Positions 27,881 to 41,884 of a stretch of DNA of 64,000 nt are shown here, one piece after another. Below the pieces are notes generated by a model, which was not told the origin of the DNA, did not search any database, and was given only the letters and a program-made list of their open reading frames with translations. The stretch covers positions 98,162,699-98,226,698 of the forward strand of contig NC_092382.1 in NCBI RefSeq assembly GCF_030028105.1, in the 5' to 3' direction. Source of the DNA: Mobula birostris. Lineage: Eukaryota. Positions within the stretch are counted from its first letter, which is position 1, and each line of letters starts with the position of its first letter. The position numbers and the translations under genes were made by a program.

Positions 27881-29846
27881 CTTTACAATCCAAACGTGGG
27901 AGATTGCAGACACAGGAATAGACGCTTCGCCCAAAATTATCGTGCTGAAGGAGTTAAATTAGTAACCAAGTGGCTAACTGATCTTTTCAGCTTACATAAT
28001 GAGCATATATTATCCATTTATTTTCCTCATGTTCACATGCCTATCTGAGCTTGTCTAAAAAGTCACTAATCATTGCACCTCTGCCACCACACCAGGAAGA
28101 GCATCCCAATCACCCACTATTCTCTGCGTGAATGTCTTGCCCATTATAGGTCATTTGAATTTTCCACCTTCTTAACTTTAATTTCTCCGGCACTTTGTGT
28201 ATGTCTCGAAATATATATATATATATTTTCGTGTTGTCGTTAAGATCATTAATCAGCCTCTCTGTATTCATTCGAGACTGTTATGTATGTACACAAACCC
28301 CGGAACAACTTCCTGTTTAACACTGCCGATGGTTTGCTCTTTGTGCGATATTTATTTTTTTCTAATGCGATACACGGGTTACCACATTGAAATGCCTGAA
28401 TTGTTCTTTGTCACCTTCTAAGCGGCATAGCTATCGCCGTTCTTTCTGTTTTTTGTTTGTCTATGAGTGTGTCAGACAGCGGAGTTACTGAATTACCTGT
28501 GCACGAATGGGTGTTTGCGTTCAAGCCGATCAAGCTGAAGTTTTTTCTTACACTTCAGCCGGTCCAGTCTTGGTGTTCTCTCCTGTGTCTCTATATTAAT
28601 AAAAATACCTCCTTTTCCTGAATTCCCTATCGTATCGAAGCAACGTGGACACCGAACTGATGTGTTAGTTTGACAAAGTTGTCAGTTCTGGACCGAATTT
28701 TCCAACCCAACCAACCTTCCTCAACATCCGCAACTCCATCACGTTGTGGGTCCTCTGCTAGCGTATGTATGTGTTGTCTGCATTTTCATCCAAGTAAAAC
28801 GCCAGAACTTCTCCAACACATGTCAAGTGTGTTTTACCTGTACCACTACCCTCTGTCCACAGTCTCTGGACCAAATTAGGATGGATGCTGTGCAATGAAT
28901 CTTCGTGTTCTGGATCACCCTACCTGGTAAGTGTCCTTCTCAAAAGTCTGACTTACAGTCCCTTCCACCTAGTCGGGACTCAGGTGGAACAATGCCTCAG
29001 CGACATTACTCATGGGACAATTTACAATGATCAATTAACCGAACTCTGTGTTTGGTTTGTGTGAGGAAACAGGAGCACCCCGAGGAAACCCACGCGGCCA
29101 CGCTTTACAGGCAGCGGCCGGAACTGAGCACAACAGTGAATAATCAAACGGAAAAAGGAACGGGCCAATGTCCGAGGGACTGAGTGAAGGAGCGCATCGC
29201 CGTTTCAGAGAGTTCCAGTCACTATCTCACGTGGAATATTGCAGTGCAGGACAGAATTCCTGAAGGCTCAGCGGGAAAAAGCTCTGATGTATCCATACCA
29301 ATTGAAGGAGTTTCTGCTAGAGCCATACTTCTGGGAGCATCTCACATTTCGTGCCGAATCTCAATAAATAAATAAACATCCGGTGTCTTTTCCTCAGCAA
29401 TCACCTTCCCCACATACCCAATATACTCAGTCAAATTCGACAGTTCGGACCACCACTGCACAAAGTGTCCAAGATTTCGTTTTTATTTTCCAGAAGGGAT
29501 TGCGATAGCAATTGCTGCTTGAGACGTACGAAGGACGATTGGACGAGTGGTTTTACGAGTTGGAGTTACTGAATTAGCCTTGAGGTGACAGGCAGATTCC
29601 AAAGAACTCAGGATCAAGTGCAGATTTGCAAACTATCTGCGGTAACTAGTCTTCCCGAAACAGGTCAACGGTTGCGCATCTTGGAAACAGAATCTGTCGC
29701 CATAGGAAAGGTATGAAGCTGCATCGGGCGTACCTGATGGTGCTCGTGAATAGAAAGAGGGATCTAATCGGGGCTGCCAACAGTCCCAATGGAACTGCAC
29801 ATGCCACTGAAGATATGGGATATGTTGTGGAGGTAGGGGATAAGCG

Positions 29847-32800
29847 TCACCAAGGATTAATGCGGTCCTGACAACGCCGAGTGAACTTTGCCATGAGAAT
29901 TAAGGGCGATTTCACTGTCTCCTTCAGCTGAACTCTGAACCTGGCCTGGATCACGGCGTAAAGGGCCGTGTTGGTGCAGCAGCTCAGCAGTTGCAGCATG
30001 TAGCCCAGTTCCCGCTGAGAATTCGGGGGTATCACGTATAAGTAATAAATCAAGCTATCCCATACGGAATACACCGTCAGCAGCACCCACAGCAGGATGA
30101 AATTCCCCGACATCACCAGCAGTAACAGGAGGGATTGCCTGCGGTTCTTCATTTCCGGGTCGGCGGGCGTCTCGTCATCGCGCGAACCACGGAGTCTCCT
30201 CCGGGCTCTGCTCGCTACTAAGACGTGCCTGATGGTTAAGCTGTTGAGCAGGAGAATCAAGCCAAAGGGCAATGTAGGGGTGAGGAGGAAATGAATCAGT
30301 TCAAATGTTGCCTCCTGAGATAGGGAAAAGAAACCATGTCCACTCAGACAGAGCAAGGACGTAATTGACATCGAATATGTCCCTTCGAGCATAAAGTACC
30401 AGAATATGTTTTTTACGCAGCTCAGCACAGTCACGGTCCAGAGAACCAGAACAGCCGCCCTGCCGGTGCAGTATTTTCGTTTCAGCTTCTGAAAACAAAT
30501 GGCGACAAACCGATCAAAGGTGAAAGCGACGGTGAACCAGACAGAGCAGTCCGTGGCGGCGTAGAACAGGGCGGCGTGTATATTACACACCGGAAAGCGA
30601 TTCGACCAAAAGAAAACCTCCAATGGGATGTAAGTCATCGGGATCTTGCTCAATATCAGATCGAAGAGAACGACGAGCTGATCCGCTGCTACCATGGCAA
30701 CCAGGTACCTTATGACGCCTTCGGAGAGACCGCACTTTCCCCGAGACAGGATGACTATTGTCATTAGGTTAACTGTGCGGAGGGCAATAAAGACCAGGAA
30801 CACATATTTGGCTGGAAACATTCTCTGAAAATAATATTTAAATCGATAGCACTTCCGAGAGCCCAGATGGGTAGGAATTTATGAATCCACTAAGGAAAAT
30901 ATCGGGAGCTATTATTAAATTGGAAGACATCCCCTTGGAACAGAGATGGGGAGAAATTTCTCGACCCAGAAGCTGGTGAATGTGGGGAGTTCACCGCGAC
31001 AGACGGCTATGGGGGCCAGTTAATTAGAACCATTCGCAGAGGGGAGGATGGGCTATTGATTCATCGGGGCGCCGATGACGGCGGAACAAGGCGCCAGAAT
31101 ATGGTTGCGAGGGATAATAAATCAGATATATTGGAATGGGGAGAAGGCTCGGTGCTCGAATAACCGAATTCAGCTCCAAAGCCTTCTGGACTAATCAGTG
31201 ATATCAACTGATGTCTGGAATGTATTCTGAACTTTTGGCATCAGAAGAAAGAGTTACAGATGGGAGGTGTTAAGAGAATAATTAACTGATTAATGTACCA
31301 GGGATCACGGTGACAGAAATTGAACTCCCCTTACTTGTTTACACGGGTGAAAATGAGAACATAAGTACATTAGTAATAGGAGCAGGAATAGTCCATCTAT
31401 TCGGACTGGCATGATCCAGCAGTGAAGCTGATCATGGCTGATCTGACCATGGATTCATCGCTGCTGAACTAACTATTCCTCATAACGCTTAATTCGTCTC
31501 CTATGCAAAAGCTACGGCAGCCAGTCTAAAGTATGTTTATTGATGTAGCCTCCCCTACTTCACTGAGCAGAGAATTCCACAGATTCACCGGTATCTGACA
31601 GAAGAAGTTCCTCCTCATCATGTTCCTAAATTTACTCCCCAGAATCCTCATGCTATGTCCCGTAGCTGTAGACTCACCTTCCGGTGGAAACAACTTTCCT
31701 GCCAGCATCATATCTATCCCTTCCAGAATTTTATATGTTTCCGGAAGATTTCCTCTCATCCTTCTGTGTTCCAGCCAGTATGATCCCAGTCGACTCTGTT
31801 TCCCCTCATAGTTGAATCAACTCATCTCCGCCTACACAGCCGGTTTTCCTTCCTCAAGTCGGGAGACCAGAGCTGCACAGTATCCCTGATGCCGTCTCAG
31901 CAGTACCTTGTGTAGTTGCAGCATAACGGCCGTGCTCTTAAATTCAATCCCTCTGGCAGCAAAGGCGAACATCCCATTTGCCTCCTTGATAGCCTGCTGC
32001 CCCTGTAAACCAACCTTTTGTGAATCAATCACAAGCACTCCAACGTCCCTCTGCAATCGGTTACCACTTAAATAATATTCGGTTCTTCTATCTGCCCTCC
32101 CTAAGTGGATGACCTCGCATTTCCGAACTTTACACTGCATCTGCCAGGCGCTGGTATGTGCACTGAACACATTAATATCCCTCTGCACGCTGTCAGTTTC
32201 CTCTGCACTCTTTGAGTCGGCGATAAATCATGGCAGTGATGATGCCCACGTGACCCCGGGTTTTTTTTTAGCCCTTAAGTCATAGGAGCTACTTCTTTAT
32301 TACTTTAATTCCGTTAATCCTATATTCTGCCATCATATTTGACCTACTGAAATGAACGACCTTACACTTATCTGTGTTGAACTCCATCTTCCTCTCCTTA
32401 GCGTAGTTTTGCATCCTATCAATATCCCGCTGTAACCTCTGACACCCCTTCACACGATCCAGAACACCTCCAACCTTTGTATCATCAGCAAATTCACTAA
32501 CCCATCGCTCCACTTCCTCATCCACGTCATTTATGAAAATCACGGAGAGTAGGGGTGCCAGAACAGATCCCCGAGGCAAACCACTGGTCACCGACCGCAA
32601 TGCAGAACATGACCGTCTGCAACAACACTTGCCCTCAATGGGTAAGCCATTTCTGGATCCACACAGCAACGTCCCCTTGGATCACATGCCTCCTTGCTTT
32701 CACAATAAGCCTTGCATTATCAAATACACTCAGCCGATGTTTGCTGAAGCGACACCGGTTGGAAAGACCGGCCTTGCAATTAACGAGTCGTTAGAGGACA

Positions 32801-33046
32801 GGTATGAAAGAGGGGCTGAATTATATTTTTCAACGTTAATCATGAGGACGAGACCGGACACTTACGAAGAAGTGCTACAATTGCGAGTACCGGGTAGTAA
32901 ACCACTTGGAATGTCACAAGCGCAAGTTCGATTCGAGAGTCCAACGTCAGCCGTTCGTAATTTTGAAGAAGATATTGATACGCCCAGAACATATTCTTCG
33001 CGATTCCCGTAGCACTGGGCATAGCATTTCGGAGATTATAATCCAT
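29847..33046 (-). CDS. Class A GPCR, GPR139/GPR142-like, copy 3; exons 33046-32866 and 30772-29847, 368 aa
   Basis: 181-nt exon 1 ending C|GTAAGT; acceptor CAG|TT at 30772; open spliced frame; DRF and NTALY motifs. Confidence 0.9.
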
Positions 33047-33609
33047 TCCTGCGATCGTCTAGATTCCTGTTCGCGACCCAGCCTCTGTCTTCTCTCTGTC
33101 AGCACCCGCTGGTCTCTGATAGCGTAGACTGCCTGTTCTCACTGACACTGTTGTTATGAGGGCGACATTTTAAGAGAACAGGCAACCAGCAGCCACACCT
33201 CCGCGGTGACGTCGACGATCCCCACAGACACTCCCTTCATTAGGTTCTACGGAATGACAGGTGCAATTAAACCTTTACTTGCAGGCCGTCAAAGAAGCGA
33301 TACAAAAGGAGAGTGGAGTTGTAAATAATAATCCCAGCAGTCGGCTATCCACGGATGCGTGCCGTGTCTGTAAAAGGACACAAAATCGAGACATTTACTG
33401 ACACAGAGCAAAACACTGATATACAACCAGTCTGGAAATAAAGGTACACGCTGCAAACAAAAATTAATACACAAACTCTAACAATAATAGAAACAGATTA
33501 CAAATAATTATTGCATTGTTAGTTCTTAAAGTATAGTTGCACATGTAGATTGAAAATGATATCGAATTAGATAATTGCAAGATAATGATTTTTAGAAACA
33601 GAGTTTTTA

Positions 33610-34900
33610 CCAGCGGCCAATCGGATCTTCGGGTGATTTGGGAAGAGATGACTTCAGTCAGCACAGGTATAAAAGTCGACGAAAACACGAGGAATTCTGC
33701 AGATGCTGGAAATTCAAGCAACACGCATCGAAGTTGCTGGTGAACGCAGCAGACCAGGCAGCATCTCTAGGAAGAGCAACAGTCGACGTTTCGGACCGAT
33801 GCAGTCTGGCCTGCGGCGTTCACCAGCAACTTTGATGTGTGTTGCTTATAAAAGTCGACAGCGGGTCCTTACACTCAAAAGTTGCTTTGACCAACAGGTA
33901 GGCGGCGTTTGCGGTTGATCTGCAAGAGAAAGGCAGGGACAAATGTCGTAGCCGTCGTATGAATGGACCGTCAAGCTGCTGCTCGCCGATGCGTCAGCTC
34001 AGGAAGGCTTCAGGAAAAGTAGGCAAAGAAGAGAAAATCACTTTGCTAAGACTTTTTTTCTTTCCTTTCCTTCTTTCCATCTCATCAGATAGGAATATCA
34101 GCTGCCAAGCCGGATAGCTAAATGCTTTCTTGCGGAATCTGGGATGGCATAGAGAATTCTAGTAACCTAGTGGACGGCGAGAGCTGTGAGAGCTGCGTTC
34201 AGCTGCAGCTTCTGACAATCCGCTTTAAAGAGCTGGAGGTGGAACTGGACGAGCTCCAGAACAATCGGGAGGCTGAAGTTGTGATGGGCAGGACACATAG
34301 AGAGGGAGTTATACTCTGGGCGAGGGCACAGGGCACAGGAGACTGTGGCCATCTCCTTCAACATTTCGGATATTGTCACGGAGTTTAGCGAGCGAGAGAA
34401 TTGTCTGACAGTGTTCAGTCTGAGTGTTCGTCTGTCCTGCACTTAGTTTGCCTCTGTGATTCAGAGGGGAAGTGGGCGTTGAGCGGTGTCTGTGTGTGGG
34501 GGGTCAGGGTGGGGTTTGGTTGGGGCGGCAGCGTAAAGGTCATGATGTGGTGCTAGGATACTCGATAGTGGTACGGACAGGTGCTCTGTCGGCGACAACA
34601 TCAGCGATATATCGGATCCACTCCTCAGCGTTCTTAACTGGGTGTGTGAGCAGCTAGAAATCGTGACCAATTGAGTATTCAATGACATGGGTACGATGAG
34701 CGACGAAGTATTGTACGGCCAGTTCCGGGAGCTAAGAGCTAATTCAAAAGGCAGGACCCGTCTGGATTTACTGCCCGTGCTCCGGTGCTCCGGGCTTGTG
34801 AGGCCGGAAGTAGGAAGACTATACAGATTAATAAGTTATTGAAGATTTGCTTTTATATCGCATTTTTCTGGAAATGGATGATAACTGTGCATTTGACTTC
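33610..34900 (+). mobile_element. CR1 5' end and ORF1, paralogue of 23010-24900
   Basis: ORF 34122-34388 (LSCGIWD...CESCVQLQLLTIRFKELEVELDEL). Confidence 0.6.
33681..33846. mobile_element. 166-bp Penelope-derived fold-back insertion
   Basis: Inverted ~43-bp arms (33716-33758, 33805-33848); perfect 13-bp TSD tataaaagtcgac (33668-33680, 33847-33859); empty site near 23064. Confidence 0.8.
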
Positions 34901-36743
34901 CCCACCGTTGTGTAAATTTTTCTGCAGGAAATCTACCCAAACGGCTCTGCACCTCTGCTTGTTTCAATATTCTCTCCAGTGTTAAAACAGTCCAGGCCAA
35001 TACAGAGTTTGTACAGTTTATTACATGGCGTAGGAGTTGTTTTTCTATACCAGTCCTCTGAAAATGGATTGGAACATGCATTTGGCTCCGTCACTACTGA
35101 CTCAATCTGTAGATTTTCCTGTGTCCCTGCAACACTGATTTTTTTCAATTCAAGTGTTCCTCCCATTTACGAAATAGTCCAGGCCTTTATTACCTCTGCC
35201 AAAGTGTAAGACTGGGCACTTTCCTACATTATATTGCTTCATAGTTATTTGCCTCTTCTCCAGTCCGTCTAGTGCCTTCTGCCATGCTTCCTTAACCCTA
35301 CCTACCCTTCCATCTACCCTCGCATGGCTCTCAAACCCTGCCGCAAATCAATCAAATTCTTCATTCAAATCATTGACGAACAACGGGAAAAGAAGCGGTA
35401 CCAACACCGATTGCTGCGAAACTCCACCGCTAACCGCCGTCCAATCAGTAAAGGGCCGACGCAGTGATTGGCTGAGTCTGGACATGAGGTTTCACCAGCT
35501 GCTGAGAAACAGGAAAGACTGAACAACTTACAATAAATGCAAGAGTCATATTGGAACAAATTATATGACTACTGAGCGGTAGTTATAGATGGGTTAATCC
35601 GTAATAACCGTCCGGATTTAGTAACACAGGATAGATAAAGAACAACAACTTATTCAATAGATAAAGCCATTGCAGGCATACAAAACCTACATAACTCAAT
35701 GCTTGACAAACACTGAAATCTGCTGAATTAACCCGTACATACTGTTCATATTGTATGCCTTCACAGTATTGTCTGGGTTAGGTTTGATCCGCCGCAAGAA
35801 TCCCCTCATAGCAAGTGTCTATAACAAATTTTGAAGCAAAAAAATCTTCTTTGAATGCATAAATAGCCTATGTGCTATTAATGAATGGGTGATTCATTCT
35901 TAATGAATGTTTCGGAGAGCAGGGAAAGTGTATTTTTTTAGAGAAGAACGATTCGTTTATGGAGAATAAAACATCTACTAGCACACAATATCATGTCCTA
36001 TTTTACCGAAGACATGAAAACATAAAAGCCATAATGATTTCAATATATTTATTGAAGTTGAAAACGGCAAGAGCATTCTGTAACTGTAGGGTTTATTTTA
36101 TAAACATTTACAACAATTGCAACTATCAAACACTGTCCTCACTGCTATATCATATAATATCCTCATAACGACTGGGTAGTTATAACTATTAACTGTTAAT
36201 CCAACATTAGCTAACCTTTAACTAACAAACATGGCATGTACAACTTCACCGTTTTAAGATTCCCTGAAACCGCAATTTCCCTTGATTTGACCCAGAACAC
36301 TGGATCTAAAATCCATTACAATAGCTACGGTTAAAATTTGACCCGGATTAGACTCAATGTACAGAATTTTGTAGCACCGGTACAAAAGTATATATATTTT
36401 TTTTCATTATTTTCATTTTGGCGCACTTTTGGTCACTTTTGGTAACTTAGCCCTGTAGATAAAATGCTTAGGTAATTTTCAAGAACGCTGCAACAGTAAT
36501 CACCTGTAAATGTTCCGAAAGCTCCGAGCAACCGAGAAATGGCCGTGTTTGGCTCAGGATTTATCAGAGGTGCGGTGAGTGCTGTTATCTGCTCTCGTTC
36601 AAGAACCTGATGTTTCCGATGTCACAACTGCTCCTAATCCTGAATTAGGAATCCTGTACCCTGATTCAAGTCCCTGGTTGTAGAGAGAAAAAAATCAGTA
36701 AAGTCCTGCTGCGCCCTTGTCAATAAGGCACACTTATTTCTTC

Positions 36744-37263
36744 ACATAGAACATAGAACATAGAATAGTACAGCACAGCCGAATATCAAACCATGCCTCA
36801 ACATAACCCCCCACCCAACTTAAATTCCTCCATATACCTGTCCAGTAGTCTATTAAACTTCACTAATGTATCTGCCTCCACCACTGACTCAGGCAGTGCA
36901 TTCCACGCACCAACCACTCTCTGAGTAAAAAACCTTCCTCTAATATCCCCCTTGAACTTCCCACCCCTTACCTTAAAGCCATGTCCTCTTGTATTGAGCA
37001 GTGGTGCCCTGGGGAAGAGGCGCTGGCTATCCACTCTATCTATTCCTCTTATTATCTTGTACACCTCTATCACGTCTCCTCTCATCCCCCTTCTCTCCAA
37101 AGAGTAAACCCCTAGCTCCCTTAATCTCTGATCATAATGCATACTCTCTAAACCAGGCAGCATCCTGGTAAATCTCCCCTGTACCTTTTCCAATGCTTCC
37201 ACATCTCCCCAATAGTCAGGCGACCAGAACTGGACACAGTACTCCAAGTGTGGCCTAACCAGG
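36744..37263 (-). mobile_element. Young CR1 3' end
   Basis: Open ORF 36798-37337 (LVRPHLEYCVQFWSP...FTQRVVGAWNALP); (catagaa)n tail. Confidence 0.9.
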
Positions 37264-37468
37264 GTTTTAGAGAGCTGCATCATTCCGTTCCTGAGAAGGA
37301 CACGTACATTCGCGAGGTGCCCATTGACTCTCCCCAATATTTATAACTTCTTGTCCTTTCATAACCAGCGGCTAATAGTTGATTCGGCCGTTTATCATGT
37401 CGCAGACACTTTCTCTGGGTAATTGGCAATCGGTTCATTGGTGTGGAGGCATGCTGTAACTGTATACA

Positions 37469-37470
<2 letters not shown>

Positions 37471-37529
<59 letters not shown>
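37471..37529. repeat. (CT)n microsatellite
   Basis: Seen directly. Confidence 0.95.
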
Positions 37530-37532
<3 letters not shown>

Positions 37533-39244
37533 CTGCAGGCCAGAAGGCCAGGATTGTACGTTTTTTTAAAGATATTGAGTTCGCAGAAAATAAATCTATA
37601 TTGCATACTGCACTGTTACATAGAAAATAACCAGGTGATGAAACAGATTGAAACCTGTCTGCTTGTCCTGATGTTTTAAGCGAAGGTTGCAAGGTTCCTG
37701 GTGGGAAAGGGTTATACAAATTACTAGTAGGAGGAAGAGAATAGGGTTCAGAAAGGATAATAGATCAGTCATGATGCCAGGAAAAACTTCCAGTGACCGT
37801 TATTTCTATCTGGAAAGCGTCTTATTAACGAGAGAGCTCAGACGAGAGTGGTCTTCTTACTCCGACCGATTAAGCGCCTATGTGTGCACGGTCTTTCATC
37901 AATTCTGTCATAGTTATTTTCCTACAAGAATTTATTGAGTATCCAAGCAAGAAAATGCATCTCGTGGTATATAGAAACGTATATGTAGTGATTCCACCCC
38001 ATTTGGTTTTGCTGCTGTGTAATTTGCAACCCTGTTACAAATTAGTGCCATGAAATAACAGACAGAATACGGCTCAAGGGATTATATTTATGAATCTTAA
38101 CTGAACTAAGGGGTTAGTAAGGAGGAACAAACCGAAGAAAGCCCATTCCAATGAAACAGTCAAATACGCACAAGTTGGAGTTAATCTTGAACTTCTTTGG
38201 TAGTCGTTTGCTGGTCACTCGGTCAAGGTGAAGCACACACCACCTTTTGAACGTCGCTCGCCATCCATCTCGAACAAACGGGTCTCCCAGCCGATTAAAT
38301 CCTCCGATCTGTTGTCACGGCGTCTTCTTTCCTAATCTCCCGCCGAACCAAAAACAAAGCAAGACCAACCTTAATTTCTCTCGCCAGCAAATCTCCCCCT
38401 AAATCTACCATTCCAATTCGATAGCACGCATTCGTTATCTTCAACAGTATCCCAAACAGGTTGCCAGCAGAACAGACTGCTCTTACCGAACTGCTAAATG
38501 AAATACATAGAACATGTATGAGGCAGGGAATTAGAGCGCTTTGATCATCATTGTTCTTTGAAGTTTGAACTTAGAGCAGATTCCTACACAAAATGCCGCC
38601 GAAACTCATCAGGTCAGACAGCATCTCTTGTCATGAATAAGCGCTCGACGTCGCGGGCCGACAGCATTCATTCGGACTTGACAGCAGCAATGCACGTTTA
38701 CTGTCTACATAGTTTTGATAAGTTCCCTGCACGTCACCGATATTTGCAGCTGATCAACATGGCACCGAGCCGAAGCAAAAACTGGTTAAAAAAATAGTTC
38801 TGTAGCTCTCATCGACTTTACATCACAGAAACATAAGACTATGAAATATAGGAACAGAATTAGGCCATTTGGCCCAACGTGTCTGCTCAATCATGGCTGA
38901 TATTTTGCTTCCCTTCCTCACCCCCAATCCCCGGCCTTCTTCCCGAAACGTTCATTGCTGCGTCCAATCAACAACTAATAAATCTCTGGCTTAAATAAAC
39001 CCAAGGATACGGCCTCCACAGCTGAATGTGGGAACAAATTCACCATTCTCTGGCGAAAGATAGTCCTCTGCTTCTCTGTTTTAAATTGACGCCTCTGTGT
39101 TCTGAGGCTGCACCCTCTTGTCTCAGACACCCCAGTCTTGGGAAACATCCTTTGCACATCCATCTGCCTTGGCTGTTCAATATCCGAAAGGCTGAAATGA
39201 GATCCCACCCCATCCTTCTGACGTTGCTGAGAGTACAGAGTTTT

Positions 39245-41880
39245 CTATAGGTCCCCTGGTAGCAGCAGAGATACCGAGGAGCAGATTGGGAGCAACACAC
39301 AGCAAATTTGCTGGTGAACGCAGCAGGCCAGGCAGCATCTCTAGGAAGAAGTGCAGACGTCGTTTCGGGTCGAGACCCTTCTTCAGGACTTCTTCGTCAG
39401 CAAATTGGGAGGCATTTTTTGGAAAGGAGGGAAAATAACAGGGTTGTTATCATGGGTGAATTAACCTCCCTAATATTGATTGGCACCTGATTAGCTCCAA
39501 TGATTTAGACGGGACAGAGTTTGTTAAGTGTGTCCAGGACGGATTCCTGTCACAAAATATGTACATGACGAACATGCGGAATGCGATACTAAATCTCGTA
39601 TTAGGTAACGAACTGCGTCTGGTCACAGGTCTGTCAGTGGGTGAGTTGCTGGTGGACTGTGAGCACCGCTCCCTGGCCTGTAATATTATCATGAAAAAGG
39701 ATAGAATCAGAGAGGACAGGAATAAATAATTGGGGGAGGGAAAATGATGAGGTTTTAAGGGCAGAACCTGCGGTGTGAATTGGAGTGATGTTTTTGCAGG
39801 GAAATATACTGTGGACATGTGGCCGATGTTTAGGGATCTCTTGCTGGATGTTCGAGATTAACTTTTCCCGAGGAGGAAGATAAAGAAAAGTAGAGTGAAG
39901 GAACCATGGGTGACAAGTGAGGTGGAAAATCTAGTCAGGTGGAATAAGGCAGCTTCCCTGAGGTTTAGGAAGAAAGGATCAGATGGGTCTTTTGAGGAAT
40001 GTAGGGCAGCAAGAAAGGAGCTTAGGAAGGGGCTGAGGACAGCAAGATGGGGGCATGAGAAGACCTTGGCGAGTAGGGTAAAGGAAAACACCAAGGCATT
40101 CTTCAATTAGGTGAATAACAAAATGATGGCAGGAGTGAAGATTGGATCATTTAGAGATACAGGTGTGAAGATTTGCCTGGAGGCTGTGGAAGTAAGCGAG
40201 GTCCTCAATGAATTCTTCTCTCCGGTATTCACCAATGAGAGGGAACCTGATGAAGCTGGGGACAATATGAGTGAGGATTATGTTCTGGAGCACGTTGGTA
40301 TTAATGGAGAAGAAGTGTTGGAGCTGTTAAAATACATTAGGACGGATAAATTCCCGGGCCATGACGGAATATTACCCAGGCTTCTCCAGGAGGCGAGGGA
40401 AGAGATTGCTGAGCCTTTGGCTGGGATATTCATGTCCTCGTTGTCCAAGAGAATGGTACCGGAGGATTGGAGGGAGACGAATGTTAACCCCTTGCTCAAA
40501 AAAGTTATTAGGGATAGTCCGAGTAATTATAGACCAGTGAGCCTTACGTCTGCGGTTGGAAAGCTGTGTGAAAAGATTCTTAGAGATAGGATCTATGGGC
40601 ATTTAACGAATCATGGTCTGATCAAGGACAGTCAGCATTCCTTTGTGAAGGGAAGACGGTGTCTAACAAGCTTGATAGACTTTTTGAGGAGGTGATCAGG
40701 CATATAGATGAGGGTAGTGCAGTGTTTGTGACCTGTATGGAAGTAAGTAAGGCATTGGACAATGTTCCACAGGGTAGGTTTATTCAGAAAGTCAGAAGGC
40801 ATGGGATCCAGTAAAGTTTCGCAAGGCGGTCTCCGAATTAGCTCGCCTGAAGAAAGCAGAGGCTCGTGGTGGAGGGAGTACATTCTGGTTGGAGGGTTCT
40901 GTCTAGTGGTGTCCCACAAGGATCAGTTCTGTGACCTCTGCTTTTCGTGATTTTTATTAACGACCTGGATGTGGGGGTTGAAGGGTGGATTGGCAAGTCT
41001 GCAGAAGACACAAAGGTTGGTGATGTAGAGGACAGTGCGGAGAACCGTCGGAGAGACATTGATAGGATGTAGAAGTGGGCTGAGAAATGACAGATCGAGC
41101 TCAATCCAGCGAAGTACGAGGTTGTACACTTTGGAAAGACAAACTGCACGGCAGAGTACAAAGTAAATGTAGGATACTTGGTAGTGTGGACGAGAAGAGG
41201 GATCTGGGGGTACATGTCCATAGATCACTGAAAGTTGCCTGACAGGTAGATAGGGTAGTTTTGAAATCTTATGGGGTGTTAGCTTTCATTAGTCTAGGGA
41301 CATAGTTAAACAGACGCGGGTAAATGATGTCGCTCCGCAAAACTCTGGTTAGACCACACTTAAAGTACTGTGTCCAGTTCTGGACGCCTCACGATGGGAT
41401 GGATGTGGAAGCATTGGAAAGCGTACAGAGGAGATTTACCAGCACACTGCCTCGTTTAGAGAGTACGCATTACGATCAGAGATTAAGGGAGCTAGGGCTT
41501 TACTCTTTGGAGAGAAGGAGGATGAGAGGAGACCTGATAGAGTTATACAACGTATTGAGAGGAATAGATAGAGTGGACAGCCAGCGCCTCTTCCCCACGG
41601 CACCACTGCTCAGTACAAGAGGACATGGCCTTAAGGAAAGGGGTGAGAAGTTGAAGGGGGATAATAGAGGAAGGGTTTTTACTCAGAGTGTGGTTTCTGC
41701 GTGGAATGCACTGTCCGAGTCACTGGTGGAGGCAGACACAGTAGTAAAATTTAAGAGACTGCTAGACAGGTATATGGAGGAATTTAATTTTGGTGTTCAT
41801 ATGGGTGGTAATGGTCGCCACAACATTGCGGGCTGAAGGGCCTTTACTGTGCTGTACTATTCTATGTTATATGTTCTATA
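39245..41880 (+). mobile_element. CR1 LINE ORF2 (EN end, RT, 3' tail)
   Basis: ORFs 40111-40695 (SPSNYRPVSLTSAVGKLCEKIL) and 41324-41836; tail gttctatgttatatgttcta. Confidence 0.9.
39293..39398 (-). mobile_element. 106-bp Penelope-like mini-insertion (hammerhead remnant and 3' terminus)
   Basis: 13-bp TSD with one mismatch (agcagattgggag 39280-39292 / agcaaattgggag 39399-39411) inside CR1. Confidence 0.75.
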
Positions 41881-41884
41881 TTTA

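Noticed and set aside
37435-37719. ER-repeat and SL-repeat ORFs
   Set aside because: Translations of the (CT)n microsatellite
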